From Spartobacteria bacterium AMD-G4 (GTDB lineage: Bacteria; Verrucomicrobiota; Verrucomicrobiia; Chthoniobacterales; Terrimicrobiaceae): 64,000 nt of DNA. A program made the position numbers and the translations under genes. Numbering within the stretch: the first letter of the stretch is position 1; the number at the start of each line of letters is the position of its first letter. Positions 1-7,297 of this stretch are shown here, piece after piece. The notes under the pieces were generated by a model that saw only the letters and a list, made by a program, of their open reading frames with translations, did not search any database and was not told the origin of the DNA. The DNA lies in NCBI GenBank assembly GCA_002290555.1, contig NEUK01000060.1:2225-66224 (forward strand), given 5' to 3'.

Positions 1-1267
1 GCGGAAGCCATGTGGTGGAGTCGACCTCTTCGAGCGCCTTGGCGCGGATGTTTTCGATGCGGATAAAAAACTGCTCGACCGCGCGGAAGATGACCGGCGT
101 CTTGGAGCGCCAGCAGTGCGGGTAGGAGTGCTGATGGTCACCCTGCCCGGCGAGGGCTCCTTTTTGTTTGAGAATCTCGATGATGCCGGCATTCGCCTCG
201 AAGACATTTTTGCCGACGAAATCAGGCAATCCACACTCCTCGGTGTAGCGCCCGTAGTCATCGACAGGCGAGAGGAGCGTGAGCCCGCGTTCCATGCCGA
301 GATGGTAGTCGTCCTCACCATGCCCTGGCGCGATGTGAACGCAGCCCGTGCCAGTATCCAGCGTCACAAATGCCGCTGTGTAGATCGTCGCATGGCGTGG
401 CAGGAAGGGGTGGCTGGCCTCGAGGCCCTCCAATGCGGAGCCAGGGAGGGTTTTTTCGACGCTGACTTTTTCAGCGCCGGTGGCCGCGCAGAACGAATCC
501 AGCAGGGACTCGGCGAGGATGATCGTTTTTTCCACACCCTCGAGACGCACCCGGGCCACGGCGTATTGGTGGCCGGCATTGACGGCGATGGCGAGGTTCG
601 CAGGAAGTGTCCACGGCGTGGTGGTCCAGATGACGACCGAGGCCGCGCCGGCAAATTCTCCGCTGACGAGCGGGAACATGACATACACTGCGGGAGAGGT
701 TTTATCCTGATACTCCACCTCGGCTTCGGCGAGGGCGGTTTGCGCGCCCGTGCTCCAGAGGACGGGTTTTTTCTTGCGATAGACGAGGCCCTTTTCCACG
801 AAACGCGCGAAGGAGCGGATCATGCCGGCCTCGTAGGAAGGATCGAGCGTGAGATAGGGATGCTCCCAGTCGCCCAGAACGCCCAGGCGGCGGAATTGGC
901 GGCGTTGGATGTCGATAAATTTGCGGGCGTATTCCTCCGAAGATTTCACCACGCGGAACTCTATCGGAAGACCGTGGCAATCCCAACCGGGAACAAAAGG
1001 CGCCCGGAATCCCGCCATCGTGCGGCTCTTAACAACGAAGTCCTTCAGAATCTTATTCAGCGCCGTTCCCATATGCACGTCGCCATTCGCAAAGGGAGGG
1101 CCATCGTGCAGGAGATAAAGCGGAGCATCCTTGCGGCGCTCTTGAATCTTTTCGTAAAGCCCCTCCCCTTCCCACCTGGCCAGCATTTCAGGCTCGCGCT
1201 GGGCCAACCCGGCCTTCATTGGAAAATCGGTTTTAGGAAGATTGATCGTATTTTTGTATCCGCTCAT
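1..1267 (-). CDS. ileS: Isoleucyl-tRNA synthetase, N-terminal ~422 codons (gene runs off the left edge)
   Basis: Manual minus-strand translation from the ATG at 1267-1265 gives MSGYKNTINLPKTDFPMKAGLAQREPEMLARWEGEGLYEKIQ...LLHDGPPFANGDVHMGTALNKILKD...FVPGWDCHGLPIE...WTTTPWTLPANLAI...HIAPGHGEDDY...YPHCWRSKTPVIFRAVEQFF. It has a class I HIGH-type motif and typical IleS blocks. It is absent from the ORF track only because there is no stop in the window. Confidence 0.93.
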   Translation of the reverse strand, partial: MSGYKNTINLPKTDFPMKAGLAQREPEMLARWEGEGLYEKIQERRKDAPLYLLHDGPPFANGDVHMGTALNKILKDFVVKSRTMAGFRAPFVPGWDCHGLPIEFRVVKSSEEYARKFIDIQRRQFRRLGVLGDWEHPYLTLDPSYEAGMIRSFARFVEKGLVYRKKKPVLWSTGAQTALAEAEVEYQDKTSPAVYVMFPLVSGEFAGAASVVIWTTTPWTLPANLAIAVNAGHQYAVARVRLEGVEKTIILAESLLDSFCAATGAEKVSVEKTLPGSALEGLEASHPFLPRHATIYTAAFVTLDTGTGCVHIAPGHGEDDYHLGMERGLTLLSPVDDYGRYTEECGLPDFVGKNVFEANAGIIEILKQKGALAGQGDHQHSYPHCWRSKTPVIFRAVEQFFIRIENIRAKALEEVDSTTWLP

Positions 1268-1587
1268 GAGAGGCGAGAACGACTATCAGCCAATGACCAG
1301 CGGGTCAACGGCGCCGGGCGAATCCTTCGGCTGTGCAGAGCGGATGGTGACTCCAAAAACAACCACCAAGTCACGCTCGTGTCAGGAGGAAAATCCAGAG
1401 CGACAGGATGGTGACCCGATTTACAGAATTCAAGTTCGCCAACACTTCGCTGCCCTCACTTTGATCAAATGGAAATACACTGGAGACGCGTATCCCGTAT
1501 TTCTACCGCCCGCCATTGCCACTTCGCAGGCGACCATCCTCGACTTGAGCCCTCGCAAACAAAACGCGCAACTTGCTGAGCGTTTGC

Positions 1588-3105
1588 TCAGGCATTGCTG
1601 GGATTCGGTGTCGGTGTCGGTGTCGGTGTCGGCGGCGGCGTTGCTGTTGGGCTTGGAGGTGTCGGGGTCGGAGGTGTCGGGGTCGATGTTGGCGCAGGCG
1701 CAGGCGGTGGAGGCTGAGTTGGGTTGGTCGGAATCACCGGTGGGAGATCAATTTGGCTGGAGGCTTCTTGGCCGTCGCCCACTCCTTGGTCTTCTGCTTC
1801 CGCTTGGACTTCGGATGAGATGGAAGCCGCCGATTCGGGCACGGCTTGAGATGTGGTTTGAATGATTTCTTCGAGCTGCTGCCGCTGGGCTCGCGCAACG
1901 CTCCGTGCGATGGCAGTCGCTGCGCTTGGTAATGCTGCCGCCACGCTTGCCGCAATTTGAGCAGCTTGAGATGGGACAGCAGAAGCCACTACCGCTGCAA
2001 TCCTTGGAGCGGCATTTGGAACCGTTGTAGCTACACTCGTTGCGATTTGGGCGGCTTGCGATGGCGCCGTGAATGTGACGGCCAAGGCGATCTGCACCGC
2101 GACTTGGGAAGCTCCCTTGGCAGCCGCAGCCGCGATCTCAGCGGCTGCTTCGGGATTCAAACCTGTAGCGTAGGCAGCGATTTTAGGGGCTGCAGAAACT
2201 CTGTCGGCCGAGAGCTGTTCCACTGTCGTTAAAAGTGCCTCCTTACCAATAGCGGCTGCATCCTCAATCGTGTTAGTCTGTCTTGTGTTAAGGCCTGAAC
2301 TGGGTGAAATGGCTCTCTCAAGCAGATTATTAGTAAAAACCTGCGCTGCAGAAGTTCTTTGATTTCGCACTAACTGCAGAATTGAAAGACTCACTTCTGC
2401 TGCGATTTGAGTTGTGGTTGGTTGGCTCATCGACGAACCCTGTCCGTTGGTGCTTGGTATCACGCTGACACTGGTGGAGAAGCCTCCCTTTACCGAGGTG
2501 GTTGCTCCACCTTTGGTAGCCACTGCAACCTCGCCCGAGGCCACAGCAACACTCAGGCCTTTGGAACCGCCTTTTGCATCCCTCTGTAAGCTGACCTTGA
2601 AGTCCGTGCCCAGAATTCCTGCCGTGCCGAAAGGGGTCGCTACGGTAAGGCTGGAGCCGGGTTTCAATTTTTTGACACCCGATGTCACATCCCCATATTC
2701 AAGGAATGTCGAGAGCTTGGAATTGCTGGGTTCCGTTTTCATCTCGCTCAAGGCGGCTTCTGAAACATCCCAGGGGGCTTGAAGAAATTCTTCAACAATA
2801 AAACTCGTCTCTGGTTCGACCTGAATGACCGAACCGTTTTCAAATGCCAGAGAGATTGTCGAATCTTTATCTGTCATCACCCTTTCCCCCTGCTGCAAGG
2901 CTTGCGCCTTGGACGCATTTTTGCCCTCCGTTTCGCCCGGCTTGATAATCAGCACCTTGCCTTGAACCTCCGTGATGATGATCGCCCCGCGCCTCATCTG
3001 GCGGGTATCGTTCTCTTGAGCAGTGACGACAGAGGCGGTCGAAAGCGCCGCTATGATAAGAGATAAGCTAATGGCATGGTCAAAAAGACAAAATTTATTA
3101 GGCAT
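1588..3105 (-). CDS. Secreted protein: signal peptide, FecR-like beta domain, Ala-rich 15-residue repeats, Pro/Thr-rich C-terminal tail
   Basis: 505-aa ORF. The N-terminus has a hydrophobic signal (LSLIIAALSTASVVTAQE). The segment GAIIITEVQGKVLIIKPGE...QALQQGERVMTDKDSTISLAFENGSVIQVEPETSFIVEEF resembles FecR-family domains (recollection only). Repeats follow: APSQAAQIATSVATT / VPNAAPRIAAVVASA / VPSQAAQIAASVAAA / LPSAATAIARSVARA. The tail is PPPPAPAPTSTPTPPTPTPPSPTATPPPTPTPTPTPNPSNA. Confidence 0.8.
   Translation of the reverse strand: MPNKFCLFDHAISLSLIIAALSTASVVTAQENDTRQMRRGAIIITEVQGKVLIIKPGETEGKNASKAQALQQGERVMTDKDSTISLAFENGSVIQVEPETSFIVEEFLQAPWDVSEAALSEMKTEPSNSKLSTFLEYGDVTSGVKKLKPGSSLTVATPFGTAGILGTDFKVSLQRDAKGGSKGLSVAVASGEVAVATKGGATTSVKGGFSTSVSVIPSTNGQGSSMSQPTTTQIAAEVSLSILQLVRNQRTSAAQVFTNNLLERAISPSSGLNTRQTNTIEDAAAIGKEALLTTVEQLSADRVSAAPKIAAYATGLNPEAAAEIAAAAAKGASQVAVQIALAVTFTAPSQAAQIATSVATTVPNAAPRIAAVVASAVPSQAAQIAASVAAALPSAATAIARSVARAQRQQLEEIIQTTSQAVPESAASISSEVQAEAEDQGVGDGQEASSQIDLPPVIPTNPTQPPPPAPAPTSTPTPPTPTPPSPTATPPPTPTPTPTPNPSNA
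1606..1685. repeat. Short tandem repeats inside the Pro/Thr tail coding region: (CGGTGT)n followed by 2 copies of GGAGGTGTCGGGGTC
   Basis: Direct reading: cggtgtcggtgtcggtgtcggtgtcgg at ~1606-1632 and ggaggtgtcggggtc ggaggtgtcggggtc at ~1656-1685. These encode the (PT)n stretch of the 1588-3105 protein on the minus strand. Confidence 0.85.
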
Positions 3106-3595
3106 AATCAGGGAAGGTATTTTGGAGAGGGAGGGCTATCAAACTTGTGCCACTTTTTGGACTTCCGCAATAAGATTTTTTTCTGCTGTCGCGGTAAGGA
3201 AGTTAGCGCGGGGGTATTGCCTGAAGCAGGCACTCGCGCGGCAACCTGGACTGGCATTCTCTGGCCTGCACGGTGGGGATGGCCGCCCCCCGTGAACGAG
3301 GCAGGGCAGGCGCGGCGGAAAAATTTATGGAACTTAGAACTTGAGTTTTCACTACGAACGAGAGATGGTGATAGGGCTTCCGACGCTTTCATTTATGCAA
3401 AACGGATCCGGAGACCCACTTTATTGAGGTCCAAGGTCTGAATTCATCGCGTCACTCATGTTCCTTGCAGTGTGCATGAAGCACACACTTGCAAGGGGGT
3501 GTGCATCGTCGGAGGCGAAACCGCCATCCCTATCACTGCTGCGGGAAGCACTTCCCCGCGTGCCAGGATGGCCATGCAATGCAAGAATAGAATAC

Positions 3596-4207
3596 ATGTC
3601 ATCAGAATACACACCCAGCGGATCGCGCCGTTCGCCGCGCCGGGGATCCAGCCGACGCCCTGAGCGCGGCAGCCGTTCCCCCTCATCCGCCCAGCGCGAT
3701 AACAAACCCAAGCCAAAACAATCCCTCCTCTCACGAATCCTTGGATTCCTGACAGGAAAGTCCGAAGAACCAACCCAAGCCGCGCGCGAGGAGCGCCCGG
3801 CCCGCAGCCGCGAGTCCACTGACTCGGAGCGTCCAACGCGCGAGCGCCCAGCTCGCAGCGAGCGTCAAGAACGCAGCGAACGCCCGACCGGCATGCGCTC
3901 ACCAGAGGTGGTGGAAGTCACTTCCCCTCGTCTCTATGTAGGCAACCTGTCATTCGACGCTGGCGAAAGCGACCTCTCAGACCTCTTCAACGGGGTCGGA
4001 TCGGTGCAAAATGTGGAAATCGTGATCAACCGGCACAATATGCGCTCGAAGGGATTTGCCTTTGTGCAAATGCAGTCGGTGGACGAAGCGAAGCGCGCTG
4101 TCTCGGAACTCCACGACAAGGAATTCATGAGCCGCAAACTCGTGGTCAGTGGAGCCAAGGCTCTCGAGGAGCGCCGCTCAGAACGCACCGCCCAGCCCGC
4201 TGAGTAA
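3596..4207 (+). CDS. RNA-binding protein: C-terminal RRM domain with a long Arg/Ser/Glu/Pro-rich N-terminal region
   Basis: The RRM shows RNP-2 and RNP-1-like motifs: LYVGNLSF...KGFAFVQM within RLYVGNLSFDAGESDLSDLFNGVGSVQNVEIVINRHNMRSKGFAFVQMQSVDEAKRAVSELHDKEFMSRKLVV. The track ORF starts at 3458. I prefer the ATG at 3596 (MSSEYTPSGSRRSPRRG...), but the start is uncertain. Confidence 0.85.
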   Translation: MSSEYTPSGSRRSPRRGSSRRPERGSRSPSSAQRDNKPKPKQSLLSRILGFLTGKSEEPTQAAREERPARSRESTDSERPTRERPARSERQERSERPTGMRSPEVVEVTSPRLYVGNLSFDAGESDLSDLFNGVGSVQNVEIVINRHNMRSKGFAFVQMQSVDEAKRAVSELHDKEFMSRKLVVSGAKALEERRSERTAQPAE

Positions 4208-5132
4208 AATACAAACATCCTTCGCCAAAGGGCCCCGTCCGATCATCGTGACGGGGCCCACAGGCGCGGGAAAATCCGCCCTGGCCGCCGCTCTGGCCCT
4301 CCACCTCGGAGGAGAAGTGGTGGGAGCGGATGCCTTTCAAATCTACGCTGGTCTGCCGATTCTCACGGCGCAAGCGTCGCCCGAGCTTCGGGCTCTCGTC
4401 CCCCACCATCTTGTGGGATTTTTGGATCTCACGCAGAAGTTCGACGCCGCCCGCTATGCGGAGGAGGCCTGGCGCTGCGTTGAAGACATTCAGTCACGCG
4501 GCCGCGTTCCCATTCTCACAGGTGGAACGGGACTTTACCTGAAAGCTCTCACTCACGGCCTTGCGGAAATGCCGAAGCCGGATGACGCCATCCGCGCCCG
4601 CATCCAGTCGATGCCAATCGCCGAGGCGCTGGCGGAACTTGCGGAAAAAGACCCCGCCGCACCAGAGGCCATCGATACCCGCAATCCCGCACGCGTGCGG
4701 CGTGCGCTGGAGATCGTCCTGCTCACGAAAAAGCCATTGGCGGAATCCCGGAGAACTTGGAGCGAAGACCGTGGCCAATTTGGAGGCGTAGTGGTCACAC
4801 GGGACCGCGATGATTTACGGAATCGGATTGCTGCAAATGTGGAAGCCATGTTTGCCTCGAGTGTCGTGGAGGAGGTGAAAGCGGCACAGCACGCGGGCGA
4901 GGGAGCCTCGAGGGCGATCGGATTCCGGGAAATCCTGCAATTCCTGCAAGGCGAACTCACCGAGAGCGCCTGCAAAGCGGCCATGGTGCAGGCAAGCCAG
5001 CGCTATGCGAAACGCCAGTTGACCTGGTGCAGAACGCAATTTAATTTTCCAGTCTTGAATCTTTCTGGCCACCCCAATCCCGTTGACACCCTCTCCGCCG
5101 CCCTCGCGTTGCTGAGCACGCAATCCCAATGA
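4149..5132 (+). CDS. miaA: tRNA dimethylallyltransferase
   Basis: P-loop IIVTGPTGAGKSALAAALALHLGGEVVGADAFQIYAGLPILTAQ, then LTGGTGLYLKAL and a QRYAKRQLTW tail, all typical of MiaA. The GTG at 4149 overlaps the RRM gene by 59 nt, so the true start may lie further downstream (for example the CTG at 4200). Confidence 0.9.
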   Translation: MEPRLSRSAAQNAPPSPLSKIQTSFAKGPRPIIVTGPTGAGKSALAAALALHLGGEVVGADAFQIYAGLPILTAQASPELRALVPHHLVGFLDLTQKFDAARYAEEAWRCVEDIQSRGRVPILTGGTGLYLKALTHGLAEMPKPDDAIRARIQSMPIAEALAELAEKDPAAPEAIDTRNPARVRRALEIVLLTKKPLAESRRTWSEDRGQFGGVVVTRDRDDLRNRIAANVEAMFASSVVEEVKAAQHAGEGASRAIGFREILQFLQGELTESACKAAMVQASQRYAKRQLTWCRTQFNFPVLNLSGHPNPVDTLSAALALLSTQSQ

Positions 5133-5782
5133 CTCGGGATTCCGATAGGAAAAAAAGACTCCTTCCCAGTTGGCGGGTGTGCCTTTTTTTGGCTTTGTGC
5201 CTTTGTTTAGCAGGCTGCCAGACCCGCATGCTCATCGAGACATCTCCGGGGCGTGAGGAAACGCAGATTTACTCCTCAAAACCGACACTTGTTGAACATG
5301 GCACAGCCTCTTGGTATGGAGGCCGCTGGATCGGAAGGTTGACGGCCAACGGGGAGACCTACCGTGCGGGAGATATCACCGCAGCGCATAAAAAACTCCC
5401 CTTCGACACGCGCGTGAGAGTGGTGGATCTGAAAACCGGGAATTCACTCATCGTGCGGATCAATAATCGAGGTCCCTTCGTGAAAGGGCGGATTATCGAT
5501 CTGAGCGTAGTTGCAGCGAAAAAGCTCGGCTTCTACGACCGTGGGCTTGCCAAAGTGCGAGTAGAGGCCCTGCGGGAAATTCCGCTTCTGCAAAATTCAA
5601 ACCTCAAGGCGCTCAAACCGCCAAAACCGCCTGCGCCTTTAAACGAAACCGCGCCCGTGCCGAAATCAAAAGCGAAAGAAAATTCCCCTGTTCCAAAGCC
5701 TGTAAAAAAGGCCCCCGATATCAGAACCATCAAGCAGCCTCAAAGTTCGCAGACAAAAAAGTCCCCACCCAGTAGGATTTGA
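5129..5782 (+). CDS. rlpA: RlpA-like lipoprotein (double-psi beta-barrel domain) with a Lys/Pro-rich tail
   Basis: Lipobox LCLAGC. The DPBB block is GTASWYGGRWIGRLTANGETYRAGDITAAHKKLPFDTRVRVVDLKTGNSLIVRINNRGPFVKGRIIDLS. The ATGA start overlaps the miaA stop. Confidence 0.88.
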   Translation: MTRDSDRKKRLLPSWRVCLFLALCLCLAGCQTRMLIETSPGREETQIYSSKPTLVEHGTASWYGGRWIGRLTANGETYRAGDITAAHKKLPFDTRVRVVDLKTGNSLIVRINNRGPFVKGRIIDLSVVAAKKLGFYDRGLAKVRVEALREIPLLQNSNLKALKPPKPPAPLNETAPVPKSKAKENSPVPKPVKKAPDIRTIKQPQSSQTKKSPPSRI

Positions 5783-6182
5783 AGGGCTGCCGGCCGCCTC
5801 TGTAGTGGACGGAAGCGCTCAGGCCAAAGCCGATAGCTTTTGGACTTTTGAAGAGGGGCACAGGCGTCTCTTCGAGACGGAGGCACCGCCTGTGTAAGGC
5901 AGTGGATACCATAATTCGGATGGGCATGGTGCAAGCAAGTGGACCAGTCTCAACACGGCCGAGACGGCCATGCCCCCTTCTTTTGTGATGCAAAGTCCAA
6001 TTACAAAGAGACATTGGTATAAAAGCGAAGATACCAGTGTTTCCAAGGTTGTGGATTTTAGAAGGCTCTTATGTAGGTCGGGTGTCTCGCCTGACATAGA
6101 AGGCCTTACAATCGCAGGCGTAACGCCCGTGCCACCTTCCAGGCGTCCAGACGGGATCGAGGCGTGTCTCGGGGGGCGAAAA

Positions 6183-6728
6183 CTACAGAGGAGCAAGGGG
6201 ATGAGATATGCGTGGCAAGACACTACTCTCGGCGATCTCGACCTCCCGCTCCATGCCGAGGAGCTCCAAGAGCACCTTTACGCGCGCCTGAGCTGGAAGC
6301 ACTTGCGTGACTATTGCCCTAATACCACTGAAGGCTCCCTGTAGCACCTGCACCTCGCTACCCACTTCAATATGGGTTCGGATTTCCACAATTTCCTCAT
6401 CAACCACAGCCGCTCGCAGGGCTTGGATGATCTCCTCGCCCACGATGGCAGCGATGCCGCCAAATTTCACAATATGCGATACCCCGTGACAGGCCCCGAG
6501 ATGGCGGTGGGTGGCGCGGTAATTGAAGCGGGCGAAGAGATAGCCCGGGAACATGGCCTCCGTGACACGCACTCGGCCGGTGCGGCGCGCGCGCTCAAAG
6601 CGCAACATCGGGCAAAAAACTTCCACACCAACATCGCGTAGGATACTTCTCTTCGAAGTAGATTCCTGACGAGGTTTGCACTTCACGCAAAACCAATAGA
6701 GGGCGTCACTTTCAAGACTCGTTGTCAC
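6183..6728 (-). CDS. NusG-family paralog (RfaH/UpxY-like specialised transcription antiterminator): NGN plus KOW domains
   Basis: NGN-like segment WFCVKCKPRQE...VEVFCPMLRFERARRTGRVRVTEAMFPGYLFARF. KOW-like segment GSEVQVLQGAFSGIRAIVTQVLPAQARVKVLLELLGMEREVEI. It lies directly after the Wza-like gene on the same strand and is not in a secE-nusG-rplK context. Confidence 0.8.
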   Translation of the reverse strand: MTTSLESDALYWFCVKCKPRQESTSKRSILRDVGVEVFCPMLRFERARRTGRVRVTEAMFPGYLFARFNYRATHRHLGACHGVSHIVKFGGIAAIVGEEIIQALRAAVVDEEIVEIRTHIEVGSEVQVLQGAFSGIRAIVTQVLPAQARVKVLLELLGMEREVEIAESSVLPRISHPLAPL

Positions 6729-6739
6729 TGTAGGGACGG

Positions 6740-7297
6740 TTACCAGAAACTTTGCGGCACTTCAATTCTGTCGCCAGGCTTGAGGCGAATATCCTTCTCG
6801 GGTTCTTTGCGGACTTGCTTGACATTGACGATCGTAACTTTCCCTTCCCGCAGGAGGCGGACTTTCCCCTGATCGGCAAAATCCGTGAAACCACCTGACG
6901 CACTTATGGCCCCGAGCAAGGTCAGATCTGCTGTGAAAGGAACGCGTTGAGGAGCTTTTACTTCTCCTCCGGTATTAACAAAGCGTGCCGTATTAGGTAT
7001 ACTGAGCGTAATAGAAGGATTCGTGTAAATCTGGCGCGATGTGTATCCACTCTCAATGGCTAACTGCAACTCCGACTGGGTAGCTTGCGCAGCCCGAATT
7101 TTGCCAATGTGTGGGAGATTCACGAATCCGTCACCATCGATCGTGTAAGTCCCGGAAACCTGTTGGACTTCCTCAGGAGGCACCCCACCGATGCGAACTT
7201 CCAAGGAGTCGCCAGCACGAAGAACGGCATCCTGCGCGGTCAGGATCGATGCAGATAGGACGAGGAGTATTGCGGCAATAAAAGACTTAGTATTCAC
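6740..7297 (-). CDS. Polysaccharide export protein, Wza-like periplasmic component (Poly_export/SLBB type)
   Basis: From the GTG at 7297 the product is (M)NTKSFIAAILLVLSASILTAQDAVLRAGDSLEVRIGGVPPEE...GTYTIDGDGFVNLPHIGKIRAAQATQSELQLAIE...VNTGGEVKAPQRVPF...TLLGAISASGG...VRLLREGKVTIVNV...LKPGDRIEVPQSFW. The track ORF extends to 7477 inside the Wzc gene. The GTG start gives a clean signal peptide and an 11-nt overlap with the Wzc stop. Confidence 0.82.
   Translation of the reverse strand: MNTKSFIAAILLVLSASILTAQDAVLRAGDSLEVRIGGVPPEEVQQVSGTYTIDGDGFVNLPHIGKIRAAQATQSELQLAIESGYTSRQIYTNPSITLSIPNTARFVNTGGEVKAPQRVPFTADLTLLGAISASGGFTDFADQGKVRLLREGKVTIVNVKQVRKEPEKDIRLKPGDRIEVPQSFW

Noticed and set aside
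116-1414. 432-aa + strand ORF covering the left end of the window
   Set aside because: It is antisense to a clear ileS reading frame on the minus strand (HIGH motif, WCISR-like and other IleS blocks). Its product is Arg/Gly/Ala-rich with no recognisable motifs, so it is a shadow ORF typical of GC-rich DNA.
1588-1720. Possibility that the Ala-repeat proteins carry a PEP-CTERM (exosortase) sorting signal
   Set aside because: Both proteins end in soluble Pro/Thr or Gly/Ser/Thr tails (…PTPTPNPSNA, …GTPPRPTPASN). Neither has a PEP motif, a C-terminal TM helix or an Arg cluster.
4149-4207. 59-nt overlap between the RRM gene and miaA as a possible programmed feature
   Set aside because: It is more simply explained by an over-extended miaA start call (GTG at 4149). 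A downstream non-ATG start would remove the overlap.
6131-6155. Minus-strand CCUGGAAGGUGGCA, which resembles the SRP RNA GGAA tetraloop/AGCA region
   Set aside because: The flanking bases do not form the required helix 8 pairs, and the putative 5' and 3' ends are direct rather than inverted repeats, so no 4.5S-like hairpin can be drawn.
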